Below are positions 19,401 to 28,476 of a stretch of 64,000 nt of DNA, one piece after another. The stretch is taken from positions 18,250 to 82,249 of the forward strand of contig JAFZME010000118.1 in NCBI GenBank assembly GCA_017553405.1. The letters run 5' to 3'. Position 1 is the stretch's first letter. Every line of letters begins with the position of its first letter. Under the pieces are notes generated by a model. It searched no databases and was not told where the DNA came from. It worked only from the letters and a program-made list of their open reading frames with translations. Position numbers and translations under genes: made by a program. Source of the stretch: Bacteroidales bacterium. GTDB lineage: Bacteria; Bacteroidota; Bacteroidia; Bacteroidales; UBA932.

Positions 19401-19917
19401 CTACACCAACGCCGGCCGCGTTTCAGGTATTGTGTCCTCCGCCAACCGCTACACCCACGTCAAGGATGCCGAAAACGACGGAGATGTCCATTATAGCGGC
19501 AGCGGCACTTTCCGGCCCGCCAACATTACCTGCATCGTTGGAGAAGGATCCGTCCTGGAGAATTGCGTCAATAAGGGAGACCTGATCGCCCCCGACTGCG
19601 CTTCCGCCGCAGGCATAGTCTGCCTTGTCAATCACGCCAGTGTCAATATAACCGGCTGCAAGAGCCTCGGCGCGACGATTGTCTGCACCGGGTTCAACAC
19701 CGAAGGCAACTCGGTCACATATGCCGGCGCCCTGTTCGGCTATTGTAACAACACTGCAAAATTCAGCAACTGCTCCGTAAGCGGCAAGGTTGGAAACAGT
19801 GTCGACAACCTGCTCACCCTCACTGCAGACAACTACTTCCCGTTCGTGGGCCAGGCCGGCACTAACGCCGATCTCACTCAGATTTCGACCACCAACATCA
19901 CCTTCTCCTCTGAATAA
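16450..19917 (+). CDS. Lipoprotein: beta-helix + DUF4886 (SGNH-like) + beta-helix domains
   Basis: Lipobox LTGC; central FIGNSFTMDA...TIQEH...RDGYHMDYG; flanking IKSAEDFIAFASAVN and ISNASELVTFATRVN beta-helix modules. Confidence 0.8.
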   Translation: MKKILFLISTIAALTLTGCKQEPVPEEPGGNDDPVGPVDPVVPDGPGIKSAEDFIAFASAVNAGESTAEWENEEGWINLLADIDFDGVTEWTPVGHVTAPWADYNPVVTDGHPFTGKFDGNAHHIKNLKLTCAETVAGKHFGLFGYLGPGAVVQNFVIDDNCSLTVTTSVSLSAGVVAGVLYDATVRDVTSSAPMTYQGGATGYLHMAIIGGIYAKDEGCTVDSVHNYGKMTVENTANLNAGATGIHCAGIVGFTNAPTGNEKRNRIAECNNYGEMVSQAGRQAGIVGAANACTDIISCENRGNQTNSMNKNDGTRLGNICCFTTNDSSIKNCKNYGNLISTKGGRVGGIVSLPNAGSYENNENYGEIISDSDYRGVFWGYVTQAAAWEGGKASGKVGKYNNGEYQYDVYPESDKVKYLGKDGSSGKCTVTNVTIDIATGDTPINPDPDLDVTADFRIFFIGNSFTMDAVTHLPKILEAAGLDKIQMVHMYYGGRTIPEYNNGWSTSTDYHCYVCNPGETSWTDVSGKSLATIAATGKWDIVTIQEHTGRELAWGWTTTEKAAVQGLVDKVKAAQTANGGDPKLYYILSQAYHDLSKAQNVTKPFATTDEMWTIIAAQGRSAVEECGFDGVISTGAMLQNLRTSGLNNSLGLTRDGYHMDYGIARYGASCTVFETVIGPFNGNVKLDGNTFRTAGDSEGTTAITDARAPIALKAARYAIAKPYEVTDMEGEGGDGPDVPVEGETISISNASELVTFATRVNSGDEAAAKATVTLTADIDCSSITSWTPIGNCTLASGWAHNSVSPTGMLFTGTFDGQNHSIKNLHLDFAPTDGNGTFGLFGGIGPDAVVKNLVFDASSSMNIATAKAGVFGMLAGLVLDATVDNVKNYAPLTGGGTSGLANNAAGGRVAVGGLIGWVHASTKDITVSNLLNAGPIGTSSAEFTRGGNGGNGANGFMLGGLVGFSSNNNNTKKVTLLNLKNEADIYTNAGRVSGIVSSANRYTHVKDAENDGDVHYSGSGTFRPANITCIVGEGSVLENCVNKGDLIAPDCASAAGIVCLVNHASVNITGCKSLGATIVCTGFNTEGNSVTYAGALFGYCNNTAKFSNCSVSGKVGNSVDNLLTLTADNYFPFVGQAGTNADLTQISTTNITFSSE
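17815..18640 (+). repeat. DUF4886 module repeated at ~45800..46620 (-) and ~50855..51690 (-)
   Basis: Shared CGFDGVISTGAM.QNLRT.G.NN..GLTRDGYHMDYG.ARYGA.CTVFE; boundaries approximate. Confidence 0.85.
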
Positions 19918-19925
19918 TTGCATAG

Positions 19926-22553
19926 ATGAAAAGAATCTTTTATTACTTTGCAGCCGACCTGATGGCCACAGCTCTCCTTGCCCTGGCTGTCATATCCTGT
20001 GGCAAGGAATCCGCCGCGCCCGTGGACCCCGATCCGGGTCCCGGGCCCGGACCGGAGCCGCCCGTCTATACCCCGGGCATCTTCTCGGCGGAAGATCTTG
20101 TCGCCTTCGCGGCGGCGTATAATTCCGATGGCGACCTTACTCCCTATCTCGATGACGAGGGCGTCATCTGTCTCCGGGAAGATATCGATATGGCGGAGGT
20201 CACCGAATGGACTCCCATCGGCCTCTGCGTCACCACACTCTCCGGGAACACCATCGAATGGGGTGCCGGAAAGCCATTCAAAGGACATTTCGACGGCTGC
20301 GGCCATACTGTCAAGAACTGGAAAGCCGTCTGCAAGAATGCGACGGCAGGTCAGTCCTGGGGGCTCTTCGGCACGCTTGCCGACGGTGCCATCGTAGAGA
20401 ACCTGACCTTCGATGAAACCTGTTCGCTGACGGTTTCTCCTTCCGCCCAGACCGATTGCGGCCTCGTCGCCGGCCTCGTGCACGGGGCGACCGTCAACAA
20501 CATCGAAAGCCACGCCGCGATGACCTACGGCACTGCCACCGTCGCCGACAACCTCCGAATGACGATGGGTCTCATCGGTATGGCCTTTGCCACCGAGGCG
20601 GAAGCGTCCGTTACCGGGCTGAAGAATTACGGCTGCCTGGCGGTGGACAAATGCAACAACACCAAGAACAACGCGAACTCCGTCCAGACGGCCGGTATCT
20701 GCGGTTTCTCGTCCAATGACGGCAATTCGACAAAGACTGTCCTCTTTAAGAACTGTGTCAATGAGGGCGATATGAGCGGCAACAATGCCCGTATGTCGGG
20801 TATCGTGGCGGCGTGCAACCGCTATACCGTGCTCAAGGGCTGCATCAACCGGGGCAATAACGTCAACGACTCGCCGGATGCCCGCCTGGGCAACCTGACC
20901 TGCATCACCGGTGCAGGCAGCATCATCGAAGACAGCATCAATTACGGCGATCTGATTTCCAAGACTGCACAGCCTGCCGGCGGCTGCGTATGCCTCGTCA
21001 ATCACGACGGCAATATGTTTATCCGGATGCAGAACTACGGCCGCGTGATTACCGACAGGACAGGCGGATATACAGGGACTCTCTTCGGACAGTGCAACAA
21101 GGCTGCATCCTTCACCAAGTGTGTCGCAGCAGGTGATTTCGGCAAGTACAATTACGGCACATACCAGATGGTCGGCATTACCGCCGAGAATTACTTCGAC
21201 TATGTGGGCACGCACACTTCCGCCGGGGTCAACGTGACGAAGGAAAACATACTGTTCTCCCTTGAAGGCGGCGTCGAACAGCCCAAAGGACCGTCGATGC
21301 CGGCGAAATGGGTGTTCAACACATCCAACCAGCCCGTCTATTACACGTCCTGGACTACGGAGCGGAAGATTCCCGCGACCAACAACGCGGACGCATACAT
21401 TACCGTGACGCGGGCTTCGGCGAACGCCTCAGCCGCCTGGAACATCGGAGTGGCGTCCAACGGCGTCCCGCAGGCGGCGACGCTCGCAGACGGCGATACC
21501 TGGGTATGGTGTATGCCTCTGGAGACGGCCCTTCCCGCCGGATCATATATCGACTTCAACGCGACATTGGTCAGTTATGCCGCCTCGGCAAAGAACTGGG
21601 TGGTGGAAATCCTGGACGGAGACACTTGGGAGAGCGGCGTCAGCTACATCTGCTCCGGAGTCCCGACCGGGGATGATTACCAGCATACGACGGTGATGCA
21701 CACGTTCAAGCTGACGAAGTCCGTCTCCGGAGAATTGCAGGTCCGCTGCCGGGTGGAAGGCGACGAGGCCTGCGACGGCAGCACGCTTTCGACATCCTCC
21801 AACGGCTATAGCCGCTTCGCTCCGTTTGGATATACGGGCGCGTACGTGCAGAATTTCGGCACGGCGGCACCTGCCGACACCAAGAAAGTCCTTTGCCTCG
21901 GCAATTCCTTCTCCTACTACAACAACCCCGTATGGATGCTGAAGGAAATCGCCTTTGCGGAAGGGCATCAGCTCGATATTACCGGCAACTTCAAGGGTTC
22001 CCAGACCTTTGCCACCATCGGCAGTCTCTCGCTCGCCAAGGATGCCATCGCCCGCGGTCCTTTCGACTACGCCTTCATTCAGGGCGAGAGCAACGAGGCG
22101 GCACTTTATGCTTCCGATCCGACGGGCAATGCGGCCATCGCAACGGCGGTCCGCTCGCTTTCTAACCAGATCCGGGCCGCATCTCCTTCCTGCACGGTGA
22201 TCCTGGAAGCCACCTGGGCTTCCACCCACAACAACTACGAAGGGTTCAGCAATTTCGACAACTTCGACAATCTGCTGGCCTCTGGTACAGCTTCCCTGGC
22301 GGAAGCCGCAGACGATATGGTCTCACCTATCGGAAGGGCGTTCCAGGAGGTCCGCAAAGGGACTTCGGGCATCAACCTTTATCATACGGACGATTATCAC
22401 CAAGGTCCCTACGGCGCCTACCTGAAAGCCTGTGTCAACTACCTTGTGCTTTACAAGACGCGCTTCGGGAGCAATCCTGCCGACTGCGGGCTCGATCCGG
22501 CCAAGACCGCCATACTCCGCACCGCCGCCGAAAATGTTTATTTTGGCAATTAG
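19926..22553 (+). CDS. Lipoprotein: beta-helix + beta-sandwich + C-terminal SGNH-type esterase domain
   Basis: Lipobox VISC; IFSAEDLVAFAAAYN and FKGHFDGCGHTV; C-terminal VLCLGNSFSYYN, FIQGES, TDDYHQ (DxxH). Confidence 0.75.
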   Translation: MKRIFYYFAADLMATALLALAVISCGKESAAPVDPDPGPGPGPEPPVYTPGIFSAEDLVAFAAAYNSDGDLTPYLDDEGVICLREDIDMAEVTEWTPIGLCVTTLSGNTIEWGAGKPFKGHFDGCGHTVKNWKAVCKNATAGQSWGLFGTLADGAIVENLTFDETCSLTVSPSAQTDCGLVAGLVHGATVNNIESHAAMTYGTATVADNLRMTMGLIGMAFATEAEASVTGLKNYGCLAVDKCNNTKNNANSVQTAGICGFSSNDGNSTKTVLFKNCVNEGDMSGNNARMSGIVAACNRYTVLKGCINRGNNVNDSPDARLGNLTCITGAGSIIEDSINYGDLISKTAQPAGGCVCLVNHDGNMFIRMQNYGRVITDRTGGYTGTLFGQCNKAASFTKCVAAGDFGKYNYGTYQMVGITAENYFDYVGTHTSAGVNVTKENILFSLEGGVEQPKGPSMPAKWVFNTSNQPVYYTSWTTERKIPATNNADAYITVTRASANASAAWNIGVASNGVPQAATLADGDTWVWCMPLETALPAGSYIDFNATLVSYAASAKNWVVEILDGDTWESGVSYICSGVPTGDDYQHTTVMHTFKLTKSVSGELQVRCRVEGDEACDGSTLSTSSNGYSRFAPFGYTGAYVQNFGTAAPADTKKVLCLGNSFSYYNNPVWMLKEIAFAEGHQLDITGNFKGSQTFATIGSLSLAKDAIARGPFDYAFIQGESNEAALYASDPTGNAAIATAVRSLSNQIRAASPSCTVILEATWASTHNNYEGFSNFDNFDNLLASGTASLAEAADDMVSPIGRAFQEVRKGTSGINLYHTDDYHQGPYGAYLKACVNYLVLYKTRFGSNPADCGLDPAKTAILRTAAENVYFGN

Positions 22554-22573
22554 GTGCACAAATGATATATTTG
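22542..22573 (+). promoter_or_regulatory. Bacteroidetes primary-sigma promoter (TTTG-N20-TATATTTG)
   Basis: TTTG at 22542-22545 and TATATTTG at 22566-22573, 20-nt spacer; matches the -33/-7 consensus; 40 nt upstream of the small ORF at 22614. Confidence 0.7.
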
Positions 22574-22613
22574 CGTCTGTTATAATATAAGCGACTGTTT
22601 AAAACTCAAAGAT

Positions 22614-22739
22614 ATGACCTATGTTTCACCCTGGTCCCTGGTAAGGGACCTCAGCACAGAAATTTCGTTCTGTGCGTCGCAGTTAAATGATTATCCTGAA
22701 AACGACCTCTTCGTCGAAGGGGACGGTGGCACTGATTAA
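22614..22739 (+). CDS. Small 41-aa peptide, YxxP leader + acidic tail (MTYVSPWSLVRDLSTEISFCASQLNDYPENDLFVEGDGGTD)
   Basis: Translated by hand, absent from the ORF track; lies between a consensus promoter and the ATG at 22753; similar to the peptides at 49456 and 60003. Confidence 0.7.
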   Translation: MTYVSPWSLVRDLSTEISFCASQLNDYPENDLFVEGDGGTD

Positions 22740-22752
22740 ACCCGAAAGCACT

Positions 22753-25320
22753 ATGAAAAAGAACATTTTTAAAGCCGCTTTCGCGGTTGCTGCAATCGCT
22801 TCAATGACTATCGCCTGCAACAAGGCGGATGAAATCCCTGTCAACGGGAAGATTACCATCAAGGCCGTAATGCCCGAGAGCATTCCATCCCGCGTGGAAG
22901 CTTCGATTCCCGCAAGCGGCACAGGAATGAGCTGGAAATGGCAGGCCGGCGACAAACTGACCGTCATCGGAACGACGACGGAGACTTTCACCCTCAAGTC
23001 CGGCGCATCCTCCCCCGAGGCGGAGTTCGAAGGCAATCCGGTAAGCGGGTCTTCCTTCACTATCCTGTATCCCGGCACCTGCGCGACGCTGGCCGAGGCG
23101 GAAGCCATCGACTGGACGACGCAGAAACAGGTCGGCAACAATTCGCCGGCACACCTTAAGTATGTGGCCGCGCTCAAGAATGTCGATGCATACGAGGAGT
23201 TTGCCTTCACTTCCGACTGGGCTGAAGCCCACGGAGGCACTCTCCAGCAGAGCGGTATCGTCAAACTTGAGCTTACGCTCCCGGAAATCGTCCCCGGCGT
23301 GAGCCGCGTCGAAATTGCCGCTCCCGGCGGAGTATTTACCATCGGGCTCGACCTTGAGGATGTGGAACTCGGTGAAGGCAACGTCCTGTATGCCTATGCC
23401 GGCTTTCCCTGGGAAGACCTGGACATCCCCTCGGGAGTGCCTATCACCATTACCGTGAACGCATCGGACGGCGGCGAATGGTCGAAGGTCATCTCCTTTA
23501 CAGAGACCGGCCACCTCAAGAGCGGTATGGTCAACAGGGTTCAGCTCAACGCCTCCAATTGGGACGTGGCCGAGCAGGGGACCGGCACCGAAGAGGATCC
23601 CTACATCATCCGTACTCTGGCCCAGTTCAAGGCGGCAGGAAGCAAACTTGTCGATGATGAGACCAAGTGGTTCAAGCTGGCGGCGGACATCGACCTCGGA
23701 GCCGAGACTTCCTGGACTCAGATTCATCCCAATGCAGACACAAAGCGCTTTGTGTTCGACGGACAAAACCACAAGGTAAAGAACCTGACGGCCTCCTTCG
23801 ACACAGGATATCCATCCATCTTCGGCGCCATCAACGGCACAGTCAAAAACCTTTATTTCGAGAACTGTTCCATAACCTATACCCACTCTACCGGAGGCGG
23901 ACCGCTTGGTATTCTCGCCGGTTGGGCCGGTGTCAGCACAGCAGCCTACGATGCAACCATTGATAATGTGCACGCAAAGAACTGTACGGTTACAAGCAAA
24001 AGTTCCGGAAATACGGTAGGAGGCCTTGTCGGCCGCGCCCATAACGCCAAGTTCATCAACTGCTCGTTTGACGGAACAGTAGAACGGACATCGACCGGAG
24101 CCAGCGGCTACAAGTATATCGGCGGCCTGGTGGGATCGGACGAATGGGCCGGAGAATATCTCACCACCTTCAAGAACTGCAGCACATCCGGTACTTTGAC
24201 GACCAAGAGCGGCAACGCGACCGCCGGTATCCTGGGCGGCACCAACGCCGGAGCATATATCAAGATGGAAGACTGCAGTTCGACGATGACAATTTCCTCG
24301 GCAGGGACCGTGACAGGCGGCTTACAAGGTTATACGGGCGTCGGTATTTTTACCAACTGCTCCTATGAAGGCACCATCACCAACACAAACACCTCAAGCG
24401 CTTATGTGGGCGGTATCGCTGCGTTCTCAGCCCATTGGGTCCACGTTTCGAAATGCCATACTTCCGGTGAGATTTCATCGACGGGCAACCGTGTAGGCGG
24501 CATCGTAGGCGACCTCAACCAGAACGCATCCGACACCGACGGCACGTCGATCACCGACTGCTACAGCACGATGAAACTGACCGGAAAAGGCAACGTGGGC
24601 GGCATCCTCGGCAACTGCGCCAACAACGACAACGGCACGCAAAAACTTGTCGCCCGCTGCTATTCCACCGGAGACATCACCGGCGGTGACTGGACGGGCG
24701 GTGTCATCGGCTTCATCCGCAAGGCCGTGGTTGAGGACTGCGCCTTCTACGGTACAATTACCGGTAAAGGACAGCGTATCGGCGGATTTATGGGAAATGC
24801 CGCCGGAGGCAATCTGACGGTGCGTCATTGCTATACCGGGGCCTCTGTCAGGACTTCTTCACTTGGCGCCGGCGGATTCCTCGGCAATGGCCAGAAGACG
24901 AATTCCGTAGACGGCACGCACGAAGACATCGGTCTGACGGTAGAGTACTGCATCGCCTGGGGGACCAGCGTAATTGCTGATGCCGGAGAAACCAATCAGT
25001 GGGGCTCCGGCGCCTTTATCGGCTCAGTTGCAGGCAAGAGCACCCTCACCGACAATTTCCGCAACCCGGCTATGACCGTTTCCTACAACTGCGCCAATCC
25101 GGACTGGCCGATGGTCTATGACCAGGAGAATTCCTCTCCGTCCAGCCAGCTCGTGTACTACAACGGCGCCGTAGAAGCGCCCTCCACGTGCCAGTCGCCC
25201 TACCACGCCAAACCGGCGGCGGCAGGCAAGACCGCAGCACAGGTCGCAGCCGAAATCGGCTTCTCGACCACAGTCTGGGATCTTTCCGGTGACACCCCGA
25301 TGCTGAAGATATCCGAATGA
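22753..25320 (+). CDS. Lipoprotein: fimbrillin-like N-terminal domain + GLUG-like beta-helix repeats
   Basis: Probable start MKKNIF at 22753 (track start 22687); lipobox TIAC; WQAGDKLTV, FTILYPG; GTGTEEDPYIIRT, GGLVG/GGILG repeats. Confidence 0.75.
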   Translation: MKKNIFKAAFAVAAIASMTIACNKADEIPVNGKITIKAVMPESIPSRVEASIPASGTGMSWKWQAGDKLTVIGTTTETFTLKSGASSPEAEFEGNPVSGSSFTILYPGTCATLAEAEAIDWTTQKQVGNNSPAHLKYVAALKNVDAYEEFAFTSDWAEAHGGTLQQSGIVKLELTLPEIVPGVSRVEIAAPGGVFTIGLDLEDVELGEGNVLYAYAGFPWEDLDIPSGVPITITVNASDGGEWSKVISFTETGHLKSGMVNRVQLNASNWDVAEQGTGTEEDPYIIRTLAQFKAAGSKLVDDETKWFKLAADIDLGAETSWTQIHPNADTKRFVFDGQNHKVKNLTASFDTGYPSIFGAINGTVKNLYFENCSITYTHSTGGGPLGILAGWAGVSTAAYDATIDNVHAKNCTVTSKSSGNTVGGLVGRAHNAKFINCSFDGTVERTSTGASGYKYIGGLVGSDEWAGEYLTTFKNCSTSGTLTTKSGNATAGILGGTNAGAYIKMEDCSSTMTISSAGTVTGGLQGYTGVGIFTNCSYEGTITNTNTSSAYVGGIAAFSAHWVHVSKCHTSGEISSTGNRVGGIVGDLNQNASDTDGTSITDCYSTMKLTGKGNVGGILGNCANNDNGTQKLVARCYSTGDITGGDWTGGVIGFIRKAVVEDCAFYGTITGKGQRIGGFMGNAAGGNLTVRHCYTGASVRTSSLGAGGFLGNGQKTNSVDGTHEDIGLTVEYCIAWGTSVIADAGETNQWGSGAFIGSVAGKSTLTDNFRNPAMTVSYNCANPDWPMVYDQENSSPSSQLVYYNGAVEAPSTCQSPYHAKPAAAGKTAAQVAAEIGFSTTVWDLSGDTPMLKISE

Positions 25321-26597
25321 TACGGAAAATACTTATAGGGTTCTTTGTGGGGATGGCGCTATGCGCCGTCCCCGCATCGGCCCAGTCCATCAAGGAGGAG
25401 ATCTATGCCGACCTCAACAAGGCAGGGGGCGTGTACTATATGTATCAGTTCAAGGATCATAAGGTCACGCAGCCGCCGAAGGGGTATACGCCGGTATATC
25501 TCAGCCACTACGGCAGGCACGGAGCGCGCTACCTGCTCAACGACGTCCAGTACGAGAGAAGCCTCGGCGTCCTTCGTGCCGCGCACGAGCAGGATGCCCT
25601 TACCCCTCTGGGCGAGAAGATCTGGCAGGAGGCCTCGACCTATTTCGAGGAGACCTGCAAGTACCGCTACGGCGACCTGACGCCGCTCGGCTGGAGACAA
25701 CACTTCAATATTGCGCAGGAAATTTATCGGGACAATAAGAAACTCTTCAAAAAACATCCTTTCGTCACGGCCGGGGCCTCCCAGGTTCCGCGTTGCATAG
25801 TGTCGATGACCGCTTTCTGCCAGGGACTCACAAAGATGGACCCTTCGCTGCAAATCTACGAAGCGGCCTCCAAGGCGGAGCTGGACGACATCATTCCCCA
25901 TTCGAAGGATAACCCCAGAAGAGAGAATGTCCAGATGGAGGAGGGGCGCTACAAGCGCAAAGACCCCTGGGGCACGGACCTGAAAGGCTTCATCGATGCA
26001 AGGGTTGACTATATGGCCATCGCAGGCCGTATATTCAAGGATCCTGATTTTCCCAAACCGTTCAGAGGGACGCGCGCGTTCGTGACGGATTTCTACGATC
26101 TCGTCTTCAATATGCAGTGCACCCCGACGGACCGCAGCCTGATGTGGTTCTTCTCCCCTGACGAATGTTATCAGCTCTGGGAGGTCAACAACTATATCCA
26201 CTATATGGAATCGGCCCCGACGGCGACGGTACGGGACCTTCCTGCTCTGTGGAACCTGATCGACGATGCGGACCTGAAAATCGCCTCCGGCAAACCGTCC
26301 GTCCGCCTTCGCTTCGGGCACGACACGGCCTTCCTTTTCCTGATATCAGCCATTGGCGCCGACGGGTTCGACATAGTCCCCGACAGCGCCGACGGCATCT
26401 CCGCGACCTGGTACAACTACCGCGCTCCTATGGCTGCGACTTTCTATCTCCTTTTCTGCAAGAACAAGAAAGGAGACGTGATCTTCAAGATGGTTGTTGG
26501 CGGCGACGAAGTGAAACTCCCGCTCGAGGCGGTCTCCGGGCCGTGGTACAGGTGGGACGACCTTAAGGCTCTGATGGAGCGGCGCTTCCGGCAATAA
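25317..26597 (+). CDS. Histidine acid phosphatase, secreted
   Basis: Signal peptide; LSHYGRHGARY and RLRFGHD; ATGA overlap with the upstream gene. Confidence 0.9.
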   Translation: MIRKILIGFFVGMALCAVPASAQSIKEEIYADLNKAGGVYYMYQFKDHKVTQPPKGYTPVYLSHYGRHGARYLLNDVQYERSLGVLRAAHEQDALTPLGEKIWQEASTYFEETCKYRYGDLTPLGWRQHFNIAQEIYRDNKKLFKKHPFVTAGASQVPRCIVSMTAFCQGLTKMDPSLQIYEAASKAELDDIIPHSKDNPRRENVQMEEGRYKRKDPWGTDLKGFIDARVDYMAIAGRIFKDPDFPKPFRGTRAFVTDFYDLVFNMQCTPTDRSLMWFFSPDECYQLWEVNNYIHYMESAPTATVRDLPALWNLIDDADLKIASGKPSVRLRFGHDTAFLFLISAIGADGFDIVPDSADGISATWYNYRAPMAATFYLLFCKNKKGDVIFKMVVGGDEVKLPLEAVSGPWYRWDDLKALMERRFRQ

Positions 26598-27027
26598 GCT
26601 CTTCCAAATACGCGTTTATCGCCTCTATGACGTCCCACTTCCGGTGGGACGGATAGGCGTTGTTGCCGTGGGAGCTGATGGAATCCCGTTCGTAGCTTAT
26701 TCGGAGCGACCACGTGTAGCCGTCGAGTATCCTCATTAGCGGAGTGTAGCGCTCCTTGAGGCGGCACAGCCTGCCGCGCCTTGCCATAAGGTCTATCTTG
26801 TCCAGGGCATCTTCCTGAAGGACGACGGAGTGGATGACGCCGTCGTTGTGGGAATAAGAGAGCGTCTGCTTACCGGAAGCGCTCCTGACCAGCTCGTAGC
26901 TGACGATGGGATGGACCATACAGCCGCTGTAGCGGTATTCATACGAAACTATTTGGCCGCCTGGCCTGCCGTTGGCACATCCGAACATAGGGACAAGCAT
27001 AGTCAGCAGAAGAAGGAACCTTTTCAT
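26563..27027 (-). CDS. Hypothetical lipoprotein
   Basis: MKRFLLLLTMLVPMFGC lipobox; 154 aa; 11 nt downstream of the nucleoside hydrolase gene on the same strand. Confidence 0.65.
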   Translation of the reverse strand: MKRFLLLLTMLVPMFGCANGRPGGQIVSYEYRYSGCMVHPIVSYELVRSASGKQTLSYSHNDGVIHSVVLQEDALDKIDLMARRGRLCRLKERYTPLMRILDGYTWSLRISYERDSISSHGNNAYPSHRKWDVIEAINAYLEELIAGSAAPSEP

Positions 27028-27038
27028 TGCCGGAGCCG

Positions 27039-28403
27039 TCAGTGCTGGATCGCCATCAGGCGGATGTACTTGAGCACCATATCACACCAGTGAGGGTCGC
27101 CGGGATACTGGTAGCGGCAGTTGCCCTTCGGGTCGGGGGTGAAGATGGTCGCGCCCTCGGGGGTGAGCTTGACGAAGCCGCGCTCGGAGAGCTTGTAGAA
27201 GTCGTCGCCCTCCACCGCGTTGATGACGGCCTGCGGATCCCACATCTTCTGCCCGGTGTCGCAGTTGAGGAACTGGTAGGTCCACTTGATAGGATGGAGG
27301 TCCGTCCAGCTCATATCCGAGATGACAAGCTCGGGACGGTAGTCAAGCGGGTCGCCGACCTCGCCGGGCGAGAAGACCATATCGACCTCTTTCGGAAGCA
27401 GCTCGAAGAACTTGAGCGAGAAGTCGATGGCCTGCTTGAAGTTGTAGTCGGGCTCGACCGCGTCGCCGAACACTCCGCCCATACAGTAGATGTCCTTCAC
27501 CTTGGCGCGGACAAGCTCGACTCCGTTGAGGGGAGAATACTCGTCGGGGCCCGACTGAAGCAGGCGGGCAAGAGTCGTGACGAAGCCGATGGAGGTGATG
27601 GTCACGCTGCGGTCCGGCTGCTCGCTGAGGAGCTTGCGGTAGAGCTTGTAGCCCTCCATATAGGACCCGTCGTCGCCGACGCTGCGCTTGAACATCGGGA
27701 CGCCGTCGGTCGTGCGGGCGTAGGGAAGATTGTGGTAGGTGATCCAGACGTGGGTGTCCTTCTGGCCGTCGGTCTCGAGGCCGATGGGGATGTCAGGGTG
27801 GCCGTAGAAATTGTTGAGGACGTCCACTATGTCGGCGTTGGCGCGGCCCATACGGTCGACGATGACGCCGATGAGGTTGCAGCGCTGCATATCCATATAG
27901 CGGTGGAGCATCATAAGGGCGAAGATGTCGTCGGTCGAGCTGCCCATATCGCAGTCGAGGATGATGCGGATGTCCTTCTGCTCGTAGTTGCTGCGGATAT
28001 TGATGCCCTTGTCGAAGTCATAGACGGTGTGCTGGTGGTTCTTCCTCGCGAACGCGAGAGCCGCCGCAAGACTGTCCTCCGGGAAGATCCTGGAGCTGTC
28101 GAAGTAGTACTTGCCCTCCTCCGGGTCGTACCAGCCGCCGACCATATTGTCGTGGGCGCGGGCGTGCTTGATCACGGCCGGGATGTTTTTCTTGTCGAAC
28201 ATATTCTGCGTCTCATAGTAGGAGACGGCGAGCCCGCTGGTGGGCTGGCGCAGGGAGTCGAGGCTGACGGTGAAGCCGTCGGGATACATCTGGCCCATAG
28301 CCCAGACGACGCTGGCGAGCTCCTTGTCGGAGAGTTTCTGCTGTCCGAATGCAGGGGCGACAAGGAAAATTACTGCAAGAAGAAATAGAATCGACCGTTT
28401 CAT
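27039..28403 (-). CDS. Nucleoside hydrolase (IU-NH family) with signal peptide and N-terminal domain of unknown function
   Basis: IILDCDMGSSTDD Asp-rich motif, TITSIGFVTTLARLL, YCMGG, EYN-like DYNF, MWDP; ~120 aa extra N-terminal domain. Confidence 0.8.
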   Translation of the reverse strand: MKRSILFLLAVIFLVAPAFGQQKLSDKELASVVWAMGQMYPDGFTVSLDSLRQPTSGLAVSYYETQNMFDKKNIPAVIKHARAHDNMVGGWYDPEEGKYYFDSSRIFPEDSLAAALAFARKNHQHTVYDFDKGINIRSNYEQKDIRIILDCDMGSSTDDIFALMMLHRYMDMQRCNLIGVIVDRMGRANADIVDVLNNFYGHPDIPIGLETDGQKDTHVWITYHNLPYARTTDGVPMFKRSVGDDGSYMEGYKLYRKLLSEQPDRSVTITSIGFVTTLARLLQSGPDEYSPLNGVELVRAKVKDIYCMGGVFGDAVEPDYNFKQAIDFSLKFFELLPKEVDMVFSPGEVGDPLDYRPELVISDMSWTDLHPIKWTYQFLNCDTGQKMWDPQAVINAVEGDDFYKLSERGFVKLTPEGATIFTPDPKGNCRYQYPGDPHWCDMVLKYIRLMAIQH

Positions 28404-28429
28404 AATTGTGTGTTTGTTGGTTCAACTTT

Positions 28430-28437
28430 CAAAAATA
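28430..28437 (-). promoter_or_regulatory. Candidate -7 promoter element for the nucleoside hydrolase gene (TATTTTTG)
   Basis: CAAAAATA on + equals TAnnTTTG on -; AT-rich divergent intergenic region; no convincing -33 element. Confidence 0.4.
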
Positions 28438-28451
28438 ATCATTTTTTTTCG

Positions 28452-28459
28452 TAAGTTTG
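28452..28459 (+). promoter_or_regulatory. Candidate -7 promoter element for galM (TAAGTTTG)
   Basis: Matches TAnnTTTG, 17 nt upstream of the ATG at 28477. Confidence 0.5.
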
Positions 28460-28476
28460 TGCAAATAACATTGTAT

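Noticed and set aside
22614-22739. YxxP peptides as lasso-peptide/RiPP precursors
   Set aside because: No radical SAM, lasso cyclase/peptidase, RRE or peptide exporter gene is in the window, and the context is always a fimbrillin-like gene; kept only as a resemblance.
22687-22752. N-terminal extension of the 22687..25320 ORF
   Set aside because: It overlaps the small peptide ORF in another frame; the lipoprotein signal begins at the ATG at 22753.
28240-28476. 79-aa N-terminal extension of galM
   Set aside because: It overlaps the divergent nucleoside hydrolase gene and the promoter region; GalM similarity starts at 28477.
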